Shown one piece after another: positions 10,793-20,420 of a stretch of DNA of 64,000 nucleotides (positions are counted from its first letter, which is position 1; the number at the start of each line of letters is the position of its first letter). The position numbers and the translations under genes are program-made. The notes beneath the pieces were generated by a model. The model had not been told where the DNA came from. It made no database searches and saw nothing but the letters and a program-made list of their open reading frames with translations. The stretch comes from Nitrososphaeraceae archaeon (GTDB taxonomy: Archaea; Thermoproteota; Nitrososphaeria; Nitrososphaerales; Nitrososphaeraceae): NCBI GenBank assembly GCA_035250975.1, contig DATFEP010000004.1, positions 1 through 64,000 of the forward strand, read 5' to 3'.

Positions 10793-11389
10793 TTAAATCC
10801 TATGTGACTCTTCGTTACTTCCTTTATCGCCAATTGTTAAAATATCTATGCCATCCCCGCTTGATGCGTCTCGTTGAGCCGATGAGCGAATAGATTTAAT
10901 AGCAAGTTTCACAGCTTCGTCCTGATTTAGTTTGGGTTTATAGTCAGCATCTAAAATACCAAGTGCCAGTTCAGCTCCAGAACCTACGGCAGCATAATCA
11001 TCAGGCAACAAAGACCCTAAAGGATCTAAAGTATAAATCTTAGCCTTTGTATCAAATCCGCCCACTATCACTTGAGTCAACAGAGGAAAATATCGTCTTT
11101 CAAACATTATTACAGACATCAATTTTGCTACGGAATTAGTAGGGAGATCTCTTCTTATCTCTAATTTACGGATTTTTGCCAAAGCGCTTACTTGTCTTGA
11201 TAGTATGTTCATATCAGCAACCATCCCCGCACATGCAGCACCAACTTTATCAGTAATAATGAATGTTTTTTTGGTATTTTTATTTACTATAAAATTTCCA
11301 AAGGATATACGTCTTTCAGTTGCTAGTAATACCCCATTATCATAGGTTATACCAACTGCTGTTGCACCAGGAAAGTATTGATAAGCCAT
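10793..11389 (-). CDS. psmB: Proteasome beta subunit (probably non-catalytic paralogue)
   Basis: PGATAVGI, AGMVAD, LDPLGS, AVGSG, RDASSGDG; Ala at the Thr1 position. Confidence 0.9.
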   Translation of the reverse strand: MAYQYFPGATAVGITYDNGVLLATERRISFGNFIVNKNTKKTFIITDKVGAACAGMVADMNILSRQVSALAKIRKLEIRRDLPTNSVAKLMSVIMFERRYFPLLTQVIVGGFDTKAKIYTLDPLGSLLPDDYAAVGSGAELALGILDADYKPKLNQDEAVKLAIKSIRSSAQRDASSGDGIDILTIGDKGSNEESHRI

Positions 11390-11447
11390 TGTTGGTATAT
11401 CAAATATTAGCCAGATTTAGTCTTTTCTATTAGTTAAATAATGGATT

Positions 11448-13085
11448 TCATTTTTTTCTACTACTCAAATTATGAATCTTTATAGCCTCGGCTATTAATC
11501 TATTTTGCAATTCAAGTGCATCTTTTCCCTCAGGATGTTTTTCTTCAGCAATTGCTTCTGCAACAATTCTGATTATGTGTCTTAATAAAAATTCATCTCC
11601 ACGTTCAGATTCAGCTCTATAAGCTGAATTAGCCTTGTTTATAAAAACTATTGATTCATTTGTAAAACCATCCCTAGAGTCAGATCCATCCTCATAAGGA
11701 ATGACTTTGTAACCTATTTTTTTTAACGCGAAAGTTCTTTTTAGAGTTTTAATCTTTTTTATACTGAATGAGTTATTAGCAGATAATTCAGGCAAAGGTG
11801 AAAAAATCGTGTCAATTCTATCTTGATTTCCATCATCTGAATAGGAAATATCATAGGTTGTCTGATGTTCAACTATACTCATTTTATTGGTATTTTGACT
11901 TGCACTAGAAGTTGTTGTTGTCCCAACTGAAATGGAAGAATCTAGTTTAGATGTATCAACAATGCTTGAAGATTTTCTATCATCATAACCCTTCGACGTT
12001 AATGATGATTTATCATCAATTCTTTGTGTATTGGCTGTAGTAATAGTCTCATAATCCTCGACCTCAATAGATTCAAGATTTTCAACTACCGCTTGACCCA
12101 GAACTTTATCAATTTCTTTATATATACGAGACTCCTCTTTTGTGATTAACACGTCCTCATACTCTGCAAGTTTAGGAATTACCTCATCAACAATAAATTG
12201 CTTAACTATCTTGTAAAATTTACCGTAATAATCGTCTTCGATTATAGCAGATTTATCGGCAAATCTAGAAGTCAGATTATCACATCTTATTAAACCAGTT
12301 ATTCGATTTAATTTTGCTTCTAAGCCAAAATTACTTCTAACTACAATATGATTGCCAATCATTATTCCAATGCCTTTTTCCTCCTCTGTTAGCGGTCTCC
12401 TTGCAACTATAATTTCACCAATTATCTTTCCTTTGTCAAGATTAATTGGGATCCTATATCCTTGAATTTCTTGTGCTCTAACTGGTTCTGCATTGTCGAA
12501 CTCCCATTCATTAAAATCATCAGTTTGTTTTATAAACACTTGAAACATTGGTTGTCTTAAAATTGCCAATTTACGAATTTCTTTTGCTAATTTTATAGGA
12601 TCTATAGACATTTTTGCGTTATAGAGAGATAACTCTGTGCCATTTCTTGATAGATGTTTTTCTTTTATTTCATTCAAAATGGAATTACCTGTAAATAAAT
12701 TATTTAGAGAACCCTCGTCAAGAATTATAGACTTATTATAATTTCCCTTCCTCGTCTTGAGTTTCATTTTTTCAAAAGATGTCAAAAAAGACAGTCGACC
12801 AGTGCCGTATCTCCCAGTTCTTATTCTTTTGAACTTTGGAGAAATAGATTCTATTTTTTTATGTGGAGAACCGAGAAGAAGAAATTTTTCCATTCCGTCT
12901 TCGCTCATTCCAGCATCATCTTCAATACATATTGACCCATTCTTAAGGAGAGTAATCAGCACTTTAGTTGCATCTTCATCAAAGGAATTTTCTATTAATT
13001 CCTTAATAATTTCACTTGGAGATATCCAAGTCTTCGTTGCAAACTCCTTAAAGAAAGATGGATGTACTTTTAGCTCAATTGTCAT
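11448..13085 (-). CDS. GHKL (HATPase_c_3, MORC/MutL-like) ATPase
   Basis: N-box KELIENSFD, G1 IEDDAGMS, G2 GRYGTGRLS, GTEL motif; Ser/Thr-rich linker; C-terminal domain of unknown function. Confidence 0.8.
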   Translation of the reverse strand: MTIELKVHPSFFKEFATKTWISPSEIIKELIENSFDEDATKVLITLLKNGSICIEDDAGMSEDGMEKFLLLGSPHKKIESISPKFKRIRTGRYGTGRLSFLTSFEKMKLKTRKGNYNKSIILDEGSLNNLFTGNSILNEIKEKHLSRNGTELSLYNAKMSIDPIKLAKEIRKLAILRQPMFQVFIKQTDDFNEWEFDNAEPVRAQEIQGYRIPINLDKGKIIGEIIVARRPLTEEEKGIGIMIGNHIVVRSNFGLEAKLNRITGLIRCDNLTSRFADKSAIIEDDYYGKFYKIVKQFIVDEVIPKLAEYEDVLITKEESRIYKEIDKVLGQAVVENLESIEVEDYETITTANTQRIDDKSSLTSKGYDDRKSSSIVDTSKLDSSISVGTTTTSSASQNTNKMSIVEHQTTYDISYSDDGNQDRIDTIFSPLPELSANNSFSIKKIKTLKRTFALKKIGYKVIPYEDGSDSRDGFTNESIVFINKANSAYRAESERGDEFLLRHIIRIVAEAIAEEKHPEGKDALELQNRLIAEAIKIHNLSSRKK

Positions 13086-13192
13086 TATTGAATAATAAAA
13101 AGAATTTCTTTCCTTTATTTATTGTGTTCGTAAACAATATTTTATTAACCGCTAACTGCTGTAATAAATCCAAATTAGAATATGGAAATTTT

Positions 13193-14071
13193 TTATTGTG
13201 CATTATATCCATGTGATTTTAATTCGTTTAATAAACTAAAAGCCTTTGTTTGGGCTTTGAGCATTACCAGTTCTACAGTTTCTTTAGTAATGTAACCAGA
13301 TTCTGAAGCCAAATTCATAGATTGTTGTTGGGCCAAAGATAATATTGAATTGATTGTCTCACTGGTTACATAAGCTGATTTTATTGCAAGATTTAGAGCG
13401 GAAGAGAAGGACTGTTTAAGATCTTCAACATACTCATTGATATTTAGTTTAAGTTCAGATTCGCTAAACTGTAGTCCTTCTGAAATAGCATAATTGACTA
13501 CTATACCTGCCTCGATTGGTTTGATATTGAGTTTGGTTAATAAAGACGCTAATTTTTGTGATATAACCCCACCTGCTTTAACAGCTATTGTATCCTTTGT
13601 AACTGCTATACTGCCTTGGTCTATCTTTGTTGGTATATTTGCTTCTTTAAATTCAGATAATACTGGACCTGGAGGAATACCTGTATTTCCTGCTGGAACT
13701 ATTATTTCATTGGATGCTATGTCTCCTCCCTTTGCAGGTAGAAATACCTTATTTTGATCAAAGATGAGATTTAATTTGAAAGGACTAATATTGGTAAACA
13801 TCAAAGCGCATTGACCTTCAAGCTGTTTACTTAAATCTTGAATTCCTTTTATATTAGATAATTTTTCAAAAGCTTTTTGAGCTACCCTATTTTTTATAAT
13901 CTTTATATGTATTTGATCATGAAATTTTTTTCTAATGGGCATTAATTGACTAGCACGAACGTTAGTCATTCTTGATAGTGCAACTACCTCATATTTGGTA
14001 GGAAGCTCTTGCAAGTATTCATACAAAATTTGTTTCTTTTCTGGATATTTTTTATTTGCTATATTTGACAT
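13193..14071 (-). CDS. rplP0: 50S ribosomal protein L10/P0
   Basis: PAKGGDIA, VPAGNTGIPPGP, IPTKIDQGSI, LNIKPIEAG. Confidence 0.95.
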   Translation of the reverse strand: MSNIANKKYPEKKQILYEYLQELPTKYEVVALSRMTNVRASQLMPIRKKFHDQIHIKIIKNRVAQKAFEKLSNIKGIQDLSKQLEGQCALMFTNISPFKLNLIFDQNKVFLPAKGGDIASNEIIVPAGNTGIPPGPVLSEFKEANIPTKIDQGSIAVTKDTIAVKAGGVISQKLASLLTKLNIKPIEAGIVVNYAISEGLQFSESELKLNINEYVEDLKQSFSSALNLAIKSAYVTSETINSILSLAQQQSMNLASESGYITKETVELVMLKAQTKAFSLLNELKSHGYNAQ

Positions 14072-14086
14072 ATTAGTATATCACAC

Positions 14087-14743
14087 TCAACTCTTTTGTG
14101 AAGATAATAAATCTGCTGGTTTGCTCATAGTAAACTTTATCAACATATTACGAATGTTTTTGTCACCTTGTGGTAATTTTTTTTCAACAAGAGACAGTAT
14201 TGCATTAGCATTTTCAAGTAGTTGTTTGTCCTCCATTTTCTCATCACCTATCTTTGCAGATACATTAAGTTGATTTCTCACTCTAACTCTTACCGAACTT
14301 CTAAACCGATCCAATATATTTTCAATAGGAGCCCCGTATGGCATAGGTGTTGGCATTTTACCTTTGGGCCCAAGATATTGCCCCAGAGACCTACCTACAG
14401 TAGACATTAGTGCAGTATCCGATAAAAAGAAATCATATTTTTTTGCAACTTTTTTTGCCTCTTTCTTATTGGTGCCCAGCCTATCTAATTCTTCCTGCTC
14501 AATTATCTTTTCAGCAGCTACTTTTTTTGCTCTTGACCCCATTTCACCGGATGCAACTACGCATACCGTTGCCTGTTTACTAGGTCTGTTAGGTAAGTGA
14601 ACAACTTCATTGAAACTAAATCCTTTTTTAACATCAATATCTTTTAATATAATAGTTAAATCCACAGATTGATCAAAACTGTGTTTTTGATAATTCTTCC
14701 GAGCATTATTTAAGAGCTCCTTAAGCTCAACCTCGCTTGTCAT
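14087..14743 (-). CDS. rpl1: 50S ribosomal protein L1
   Basis: FDQSVDL, LGQYLGPKGKMP, KFTMS. Confidence 0.95.
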   Translation of the reverse strand: MTSEVELKELLNNARKNYQKHSFDQSVDLTIILKDIDVKKGFSFNEVVHLPNRPSKQATVCVVASGEMGSRAKKVAAEKIIEQEELDRLGTNKKEAKKVAKKYDFFLSDTALMSTVGRSLGQYLGPKGKMPTPMPYGAPIENILDRFRSSVRVRVRNQLNVSAKIGDEKMEDKQLLENANAILSLVEKKLPQGDKNIRNMLIKFTMSKPADLLSSQKS

Positions 14744-15179
14744 CTTAAATACACAAAGATTGGATAATTAGTTACTTAAAATCCTTTAGGAAAATATCCG
14801 CATTATCGATTTTTTTATCGAATTCTAGATCAATCATTTATTCTTGGTCAATTCGGAATATGAAATATTGTATAAAACTTATATACCTACAAGTAAATTC
14901 ACTTTTTGTAAATGGTTGAAAAAATGACTGCTCTGTGGTTGATAATACTGACCATTATTACTTGTGCATCAGTTCCAGTTTTCATGGTTATTTTAACTAG
15001 TCCACATCCAGCAAAATTCATACTAGTCACCGATGAATTGGGAATAAACTTAGAAACTATGAATTATTTGATATTAAATATTTCACTTTTCAAATAAATT
15101 AAAATTTTGATCCGGTTAAGGATTGATAGTAAGAGGACAACTAATTTGCATATTCGCAAAAGATTTTTTGTGTTGAAAA

Positions 15180-16214
15180 TTGACTGAAAATAATCTTCTG
15201 GGAATGATAATTTGGCTCGGTGAGTTAACTTTTTGTAGTTGGTTACTATCATATGGCGCCGAACATTTATCAGAAAGATATGGAGCGAAATTTGTTGGAA
15301 GGGTCCTTCTGAGTATAGCTACAACTTTACCTGAAATTGCAATAGTGATTTATGCTGCGGCGAGTGGTGCTTATGGAATAGCAATTGGGTCTGGATTAGG
15401 AAGCAATATTATGATGATGACTCTTGGATTAGCAATAATGCTCATTATTTCTACTACTCGATTATCAAAAGCCCCATTAAAGATGATAGATGTGAGTACT
15501 TTTAAAAACGACAAAATATTCTTACTCGCTAGTGCAGTTATAAGTCTAATTCTATTTTTAGATGGTTTTGATTATGTTGACGGAATAATCTTTATCGGGA
15601 TATTTATCGCTTATATATTCATAGCATTATATGAAATGAAATTGGAAATGAAAGAGAACGTTTTTAAAGATAACTCTAAAGAAATTGTAAACAAAAATAA
15701 CCTAGCAAAGCAGAATAATAAGAAAATGGTTATTGCCGTAGGAGTTTTTCTTGCGGGTGCACTGGGAATACTAATCGGAGCAGAACCCTTTATCCATTCA
15801 ATGCAAGGATTCTCAGTCGAAGTAGGTATTTCTGCGATAGTATTGGCTGTCATCCTTAGCCCTATAGCAGGAGAAATGCCTGAAAAAATATCTATGATGA
15901 TTCTTGCTAGAAAAGGAGCTGCTGGTGCATCCATAGCTATTGCCAATGTATTGGGTTCTAAGATTCTAAACAATAGCTTGCTATTAGCGGTAGCCATTTT
16001 TGCAGCGATGCTTTCGTTTGGATTCTACGAGAAGATAGAGATCACTGAAATATTGTTCTATCAGATAATATTAGCTACATTAGTGACTATAATTGCAGTC
16101 ATACCTATGTTTCGTAGAAAAATCGGTTTAAAATTCGGAATTATGTTACTATTTTTATATATAGTGAGCATTTTAATACAATTTATCTTACCACAAAGTA
16201 GTGAAATTCATTAA
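15180..16214 (+). CDS. Na+/Ca2+ (cation:Ca2+) exchanger family membrane protein
   Basis: Alpha repeats SIATTLPE...GLGSNI and PIAGEMPE...NVLGS; about 10 TM segments. Confidence 0.85.
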   Translation: MTENNLLGMIIWLGELTFCSWLLSYGAEHLSERYGAKFVGRVLLSIATTLPEIAIVIYAAASGAYGIAIGSGLGSNIMMMTLGLAIMLIISTTRLSKAPLKMIDVSTFKNDKIFLLASAVISLILFLDGFDYVDGIIFIGIFIAYIFIALYEMKLEMKENVFKDNSKEIVNKNNLAKQNNKKMVIAVGVFLAGALGILIGAEPFIHSMQGFSVEVGISAIVLAVILSPIAGEMPEKISMMILARKGAAGASIAIANVLGSKILNNSLLLAVAIFAAMLSFGFYEKIEITEILFYQIILATLVTIIAVIPMFRRKIGLKFGIMLLFLYIVSILIQFILPQSSEIH

Positions 16215-16283
16215 CAAAGAACCACGACCATTCATTTTTCCCTCATAAATAACTTTATAAATAAAATTGATAAAACAAAACTT

Positions 16284-16421
16284 CTAATCTAGAACATCGT
16301 ATTTACAATCATGTTCTTCGAGAGAACAAAGGTGGCACAGAAATTGTTCTTTACAAGCCAATGGAGTACAATATTTATATTTTTTTAATAATCGTCCACA
16401 TTTACATCTATTAGTTAGCAT
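16284..16421 (-). CDS. Small Cys-rich (B-box/AN1-like zinc finger) protein, not in ORF track
   Basis: Manual translation MLTNRCKCGRLLKKYKYCTPLACKEQFLCHLCSLEEHDCKYDVLD*; 7 Cys + 2 His in 45 aa; co-oriented downstream of rpl12. Confidence 0.5.
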   Translation of the reverse strand: MLTNRCKCGRLLKKYKYCTPLACKEQFLCHLCSLEEHDCKYDVLD

Positions 16422-16499
16422 TACAAAAAGATTCTGAAATAATCCGTATTTGAACTTTCGGCAATTGAAAAATTGAATTTAAATTGCCAAAAATACAGA

Positions 16500-16808
16500 T
16501 TATCCGAATAATGAAGATAATCCTTCTAAAGCTTCTTCTTCTTTCTTTTCTTCTTTCTTTTCTTCTTCGTGGACCTCTGTTTTTGCCTCTGGAGCAGGTC
16601 CACCCGATGTTGCAACTGGTGCAACAGCCATTGGAGCTGCCTTTAATGCTTCTTCAATATTTACATCACTTAATGCTGCAACGAGTGCCTTTATCCTAAC
16701 TGAATCAGGATTAGTACCTGTAGCCTTTATTACACTAGTAATATTATCTTCAGTAAGGTCCTGCTTCAATTTATGTAATAATAACGCCGCATAAACGTAT
16801 TCCATCAA
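16500..16808 (-). CDS. rpl12: 50S ribosomal stalk protein L12/P1
   Basis: MEYVYAALLLH...acidic hinge...EEALEGLSSLFG. Confidence 0.97.
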   Translation of the reverse strand: MMEYVYAALLLHKLKQDLTEDNITSVIKATGTNPDSVRIKALVAALSDVNIEEALKAAPMAVAPVATSGGPAPEAKTEVHEEEKKEEKKEEEALEGLSSLFG

Positions 16809-16857
16809 TTATCAAAATCGGATAATCGATTAACCATAATATAAAACTTTCAAATTA

Positions 16858-17361
16858 TCATAAAATCCTAGTGCTTCTCACAACGGCATATACATGATCC
16901 TTTAAATCTTTATCGTAAAGTGAATTCATTTTCTCTATCAACACTGATCTAAAATGATCACGTTCTTCCTCAGAGTACGAGGAGATTACATTGGCAAACA
17001 TCTCTGACAAGTTTTCTTTAATCCAACCATCCAAAATAAAATATCGCTTCTCATTTATCCATATTACCTTATCAGTTTCTTGATTTACTTGACCAGAAAA
17101 ATTCTCTGATTCAATTCTATTTATTAAAATAAAAATACAATTATCAGGATCAGGATCATTTAGAACCTCATTCGATCGTTTTCCTATTTTACCTTGTAAT
17201 TTGCGTTTTAGAAGTCCACTTGGTTTTATAGAAGATCCTATAACAGTTAAGATTTTTTTACTTGCATATTGAACTCTTCCAATAATTATTATATTAGAAT
17301 CCGTTTCTTTTCTCACTGTAAAAACATAATCGCCAGGTTTAATTCTCCCTATTCCAAACAT
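16858..17361 (-). CDS. Hypothetical protein
   Basis: 167-aa ORF co-oriented with rpl12; no recognised motif. Confidence 0.65.
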   Translation of the reverse strand: MFGIGRIKPGDYVFTVRKETDSNIIIIGRVQYASKKILTVIGSSIKPSGLLKRKLQGKIGKRSNEVLNDPDPDNCIFILINRIESENFSGQVNQETDKVIWINEKRYFILDGWIKENLSEMFANVISSYSEEERDHFRSVLIEKMNSLYDKDLKDHVYAVVRSTRIL

Positions 17362-17459
17362 TTGTTGGAAGTTAAGAATTAAATTATATATTATTTACTG
17401 CTTTTGATTTAAGCAGTAAAGGCAATACCCAACAACGTTCTATTTATGTATAACATGAA

Positions 17460-18060
17460 AATTAGATTTGAAAGAAGTAGAACATTCACTATTATTATAA
17501 TATAATATATCTGTAATTCTTGCTTTAAGTTTAGGTATGGGTCTAAAGCATTAATACTAATATAAACAAAGAAGATACTTCTCTGTGAAATTGGATAACA
17601 AAGCTTGGATCATATCAGATATATAAGAAAGGAAGAGCAACAGCCTTCATTGTAGAAGAAGCTGTCATTGAATATTTCTGGTCATGATTCTTTCTACGAC
17701 GAGTTCATAGTTCTGTGGTTTGGAATCCACATCTCTGGACAGAAAAACATAAGTCACAGTATTTTGTTAAATCGCATGTAACGAAGTATCGTAGACTTAG
17801 CGTATATACTCGGGTACAAGATGATATAAAGCATGAAGGATAATTGAATTGAAACACTATCATTCAGAGAAAAGTCTGATGGAAAAGGTCAATCAATATT
17901 TCACAGATAGAAAAGAAAATTTTGATGACTATTATCCATGTGTAAAAAGCAGATAAAGAGAACAAGAAGATTACAATTTATTACATATACATAACTGGAT
18001 ACTATTTTTTGTTTACATCTATTATTGCACAACAAGAGATAATAGATCTATGGCTAATTA
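17460..18060 (+). pseudogene. Decayed IS6-family (IS240-like DDE) transposase remnant
   Basis: Fragments WITKLGSYQIYKKGRATAFIVEE and EKSLMEKVNQYFTDRKENFDDYYPC...HIHNWI resemble thaumarchaeal IS6 transposases; multiple stops/frameshifts; boundaries approximate. Confidence 0.7.
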
Positions 18061-18243
18061 GTAACGATGTAAAATTTTATATGATTAAACCAAAGAGTAA
18101 GGAAGATAAAACTGCTAAATTCATAAATTTTCAGAAATTATTTAAATTTCTCGAATATTCCGATCTATGTCTAATTACGCAATAGATCTAATAAAGATGG
18201 CGAGTTAATGGAACAATACTGATTATCTTAATTAATATAGCAC

Positions 18244-18291
18244 TATTTACAATACTATAAAGTTAATTATTTACAATACTCTAAAGTTAAT
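18244..18291. repeat. 24-bp tandem direct repeat upstream of Lrp regulator (possible operator)
   Basis: tatttacaatactataaagttaat / tatttacaatactctaaagttaat, 1 mismatch. Confidence 0.75.
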
Positions 18292-18427
18292 AGAAAAAAT
18301 ATCAATTATTTCATTTTATTAATTAGACATTTGAAAAAACAAAAAAATATATAAAAAAATTATAATTAATTGCTAAAAATATAATTACATTTATTAATGC
18401 AGATTTGTAAGGTATTGCGGATGCAAT

Positions 18428-18889
18428 TTGCAACGATTTGATGAGCTTGATATGAAAATATTGACAGAGCTTACTAAAGATGCAAGTATTTCGGTACCGC
18501 AGCTTAGTAAGAAATTAAACATCAATTCCTCGGTACTTTACAGCAGAATTAAACGTTTATCCAAAAGAAGTCTGATAAAGAAATTTACGATTATTGTAAA
18601 TGAAAACATGCTAGGTCTAAATATTAAGGCTACTGTTGGAATAAATCGTGATCCTAAAAGAAAAGAACCAATTCACCAAGAATTACTTCTCATTCCAGAA
18701 GTAAGATCCCTTTCAGAGGTGACAGGCAGATTTGATATGATTGTAAATGTTAATGCCAGTACATTAGAGGAGCTGCATAATGTGGTAATAGAGAGAATTG
18801 GCAAAATTGAAGGGATCCAGAATACTGAAACTTTTGTAGAAATGCAAAGAACAGAAAAAGATGCAGAATATTCAAAGCAATCAGATTAA
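18428..18889 (+). CDS. Lrp/AsnC family transcriptional regulator
   Basis: DELDMKILTELTKDA...SRIKRL HTH; EVTGRFDM RAM domain. Confidence 0.92.
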   Translation: MQRFDELDMKILTELTKDASISVPQLSKKLNINSSVLYSRIKRLSKRSLIKKFTIIVNENMLGLNIKATVGINRDPKRKEPIHQELLLIPEVRSLSEVTGRFDMIVNVNASTLEELHNVVIERIGKIEGIQNTETFVEMQRTEKDAEYSKQSD

Positions 18890-18967
18890 TTGGAAATGGT
18901 TTTATCGATTATAAAATAGCAACAAGTAGTTAAATTCAAATAAAGCTAAAACTTAGATAGGAAGGTA

Positions 18968-19168
18968 TTGTTAAGTATAACTGAAATTTTTTCAATGTTG
19001 GAACGTAAAATTTTAGATATGTATCAGACATTATTGCTAGCAAAAAAAACATCAAAAGACGACTATTCTACTCACATGCGATTCATCCTTTTATCAATGG
19101 GTGTAGTAGGCACTTTGGGATTTGTTATAAAGTTAATCGGAGAATTTTTAACATCAGCTCCAAAGTAA
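18968..19168 (+). CDS. secE: Protein translocase subunit SecE/Sec61-gamma
   Basis: LLLAKKTSKDDY followed by TM GVVGTLGFVIKLI. Confidence 0.75.
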   Translation: MLSITEIFSMLERKILDMYQTLLLAKKTSKDDYSTHMRFILLSMGVVGTLGFVIKLIGEFLTSAPK

Positions 19169-19267
19169 AATTAAATTTATCAAAAGTTTTTGCTCATAAA
19201 GGCAAATTATCGCTCTAAATTATACATATTTGTTACCAATCAAGAATAAATGTCCGAAAATAATTAA

Positions 19268-19358
19268 CGGGCCCGGAGGGCTTCGATCCCTCGACTTCCG
19301 GCTATCTTCTTAGTATTATTAGAAGGCAGGCGCTCTATCCATGCTGAGCTACGAGCCC
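19268..19358 (-). tRNA. tRNA-Arg(TCT) with 16-nt intron at 37/38
   Basis: Reverse complement GGGCTCGTAGCTCAGCATGGATAGAGCGCCTGCCTTCTA[ATAATACTAAGAAGAT]AGCCGGAAGTCGAGGGATCGAAGCCCTCCGGGCCCG; cloverleaf and BHB (CUUC/GAAG) visible. Confidence 0.9.
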
Positions 19359-19458
19359 AATTCATTACAGACTATCTGAAACCTGCAAATTTAAAGATTA
19401 TCAATTATTTTATAAAAGTAAAAGTAATTAAGATTAACAAAATCAAATCTATGCAAAT

Positions 19459-19842
19459 ATGGATCAGAAGAGCGATATAAAACTACAGATATTTGAGCAG
19501 ATTATTTATCCAAATGAGGAGATTCATGGAAAGATCGAATTGAATTATGATGGCAGATTTGATTCAGTTGTAATAAATTCGCAAATTGAAAATTCAAATG
19601 ACATTTTTAATTATATCGAACTCAATGGAAAAAAAATTAATCATCCATATGCTAGACTTTCAATTTTTAGAAAAGAATTAGGAGATAGAAATACCATAGA
19701 ATTTACAGCAATAACCAAACACATCCCCTCCACATCATCAGGTTTTAGTAGAGTAAAATTCAGAACATCCATTATTCAAGAACATAAAGAAATTGCAAAT
19801 TATATATTTTTTCGAGATATAAAGAAAGAAAAAACGGTATAG
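19459..19842 (+). CDS. Hypothetical protein (beta-rich)
   Basis: 127-aa ORF with ATG; no recognised motif. Confidence 0.65.
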   Translation: MDQKSDIKLQIFEQIIYPNEEIHGKIELNYDGRFDSVVINSQIENSNDIFNYIELNGKKINHPYARLSIFRKELGDRNTIEFTAITKHIPSTSSGFSRVKFRTSIIQEHKEIANYIFFRDIKKEKTV

Positions 19843-19843
19843 G

Positions 19844-20317
19844 TTAGGAGTAGTTCTTTACAACTGTTACCATACCAGTCATCCAAGGATGTGGCTCACA
19901 GTGATATGGAAATTCACCGTCTTCAGTGAATACGAACTCAAAAGTTCCACCAGGTGGTACCAAACCTATTGTTTCCAATGAATCAAATTTTCCAGATAAC
20001 TTATCATGAAAATCGTTGTCTGTAGTGACTGTATGGGCAGTAGTATCGTGATTTGTCCATACTATTTTGTTATCAATTTCTAGAGTAGCTCTTGCGTCTT
20101 TTGGATCGTAAAATTTAGAATTACTTGGCATTGCGGCTCCTTCAACTATAGATACTCCAACTGATTGAGGAGGATTTGAAATTTCTTCTGAAACTTGTGG
20201 CTTAGCATTTAATTCATTTAGATAAATGAATTGATAAAAGGCAATACTAATTGTAATAGCAACAATAAAGAAAATAATAGCTAATCCGCCCACATTTGTT
20301 TGTTGTACTCTCTCCAT
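19844..20317 (-). CDS. Membrane-anchored plastocyanin-like cupredoxin (complex III cytochrome c1 substitute)
   Basis: N-terminal TM, WTNHDTTAHTVT, YHCEPHPWM type-1 Cu ligands; downstream of petB. Confidence 0.9.
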   Translation of the reverse strand: MERVQQTNVGGLAIIFFIVAITISIAFYQFIYLNELNAKPQVSEEISNPPQSVGVSIVEGAAMPSNSKFYDPKDARATLEIDNKIVWTNHDTTAHTVTTDNDFHDKLSGKFDSLETIGLVPPGGTFEFVFTEDGEFPYHCEPHPWMTGMVTVVKNYS

Positions 20318-20420
20318 TTTCTTAACGCCTATTTGTTATACCTTAGCTAACAATAGAACATAATTTAAATTTTAATATTTGCTGTATTAGTAAGGAAAAA
20401 GGATATTGAATATAAAGTAG

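Noticed and set aside
14912-15097. 61-aa hydrophobic ORF upstream of the Ca2+ exchanger
   Set aside because: No motif or clear translation signal; cannot be supported without a homology search.
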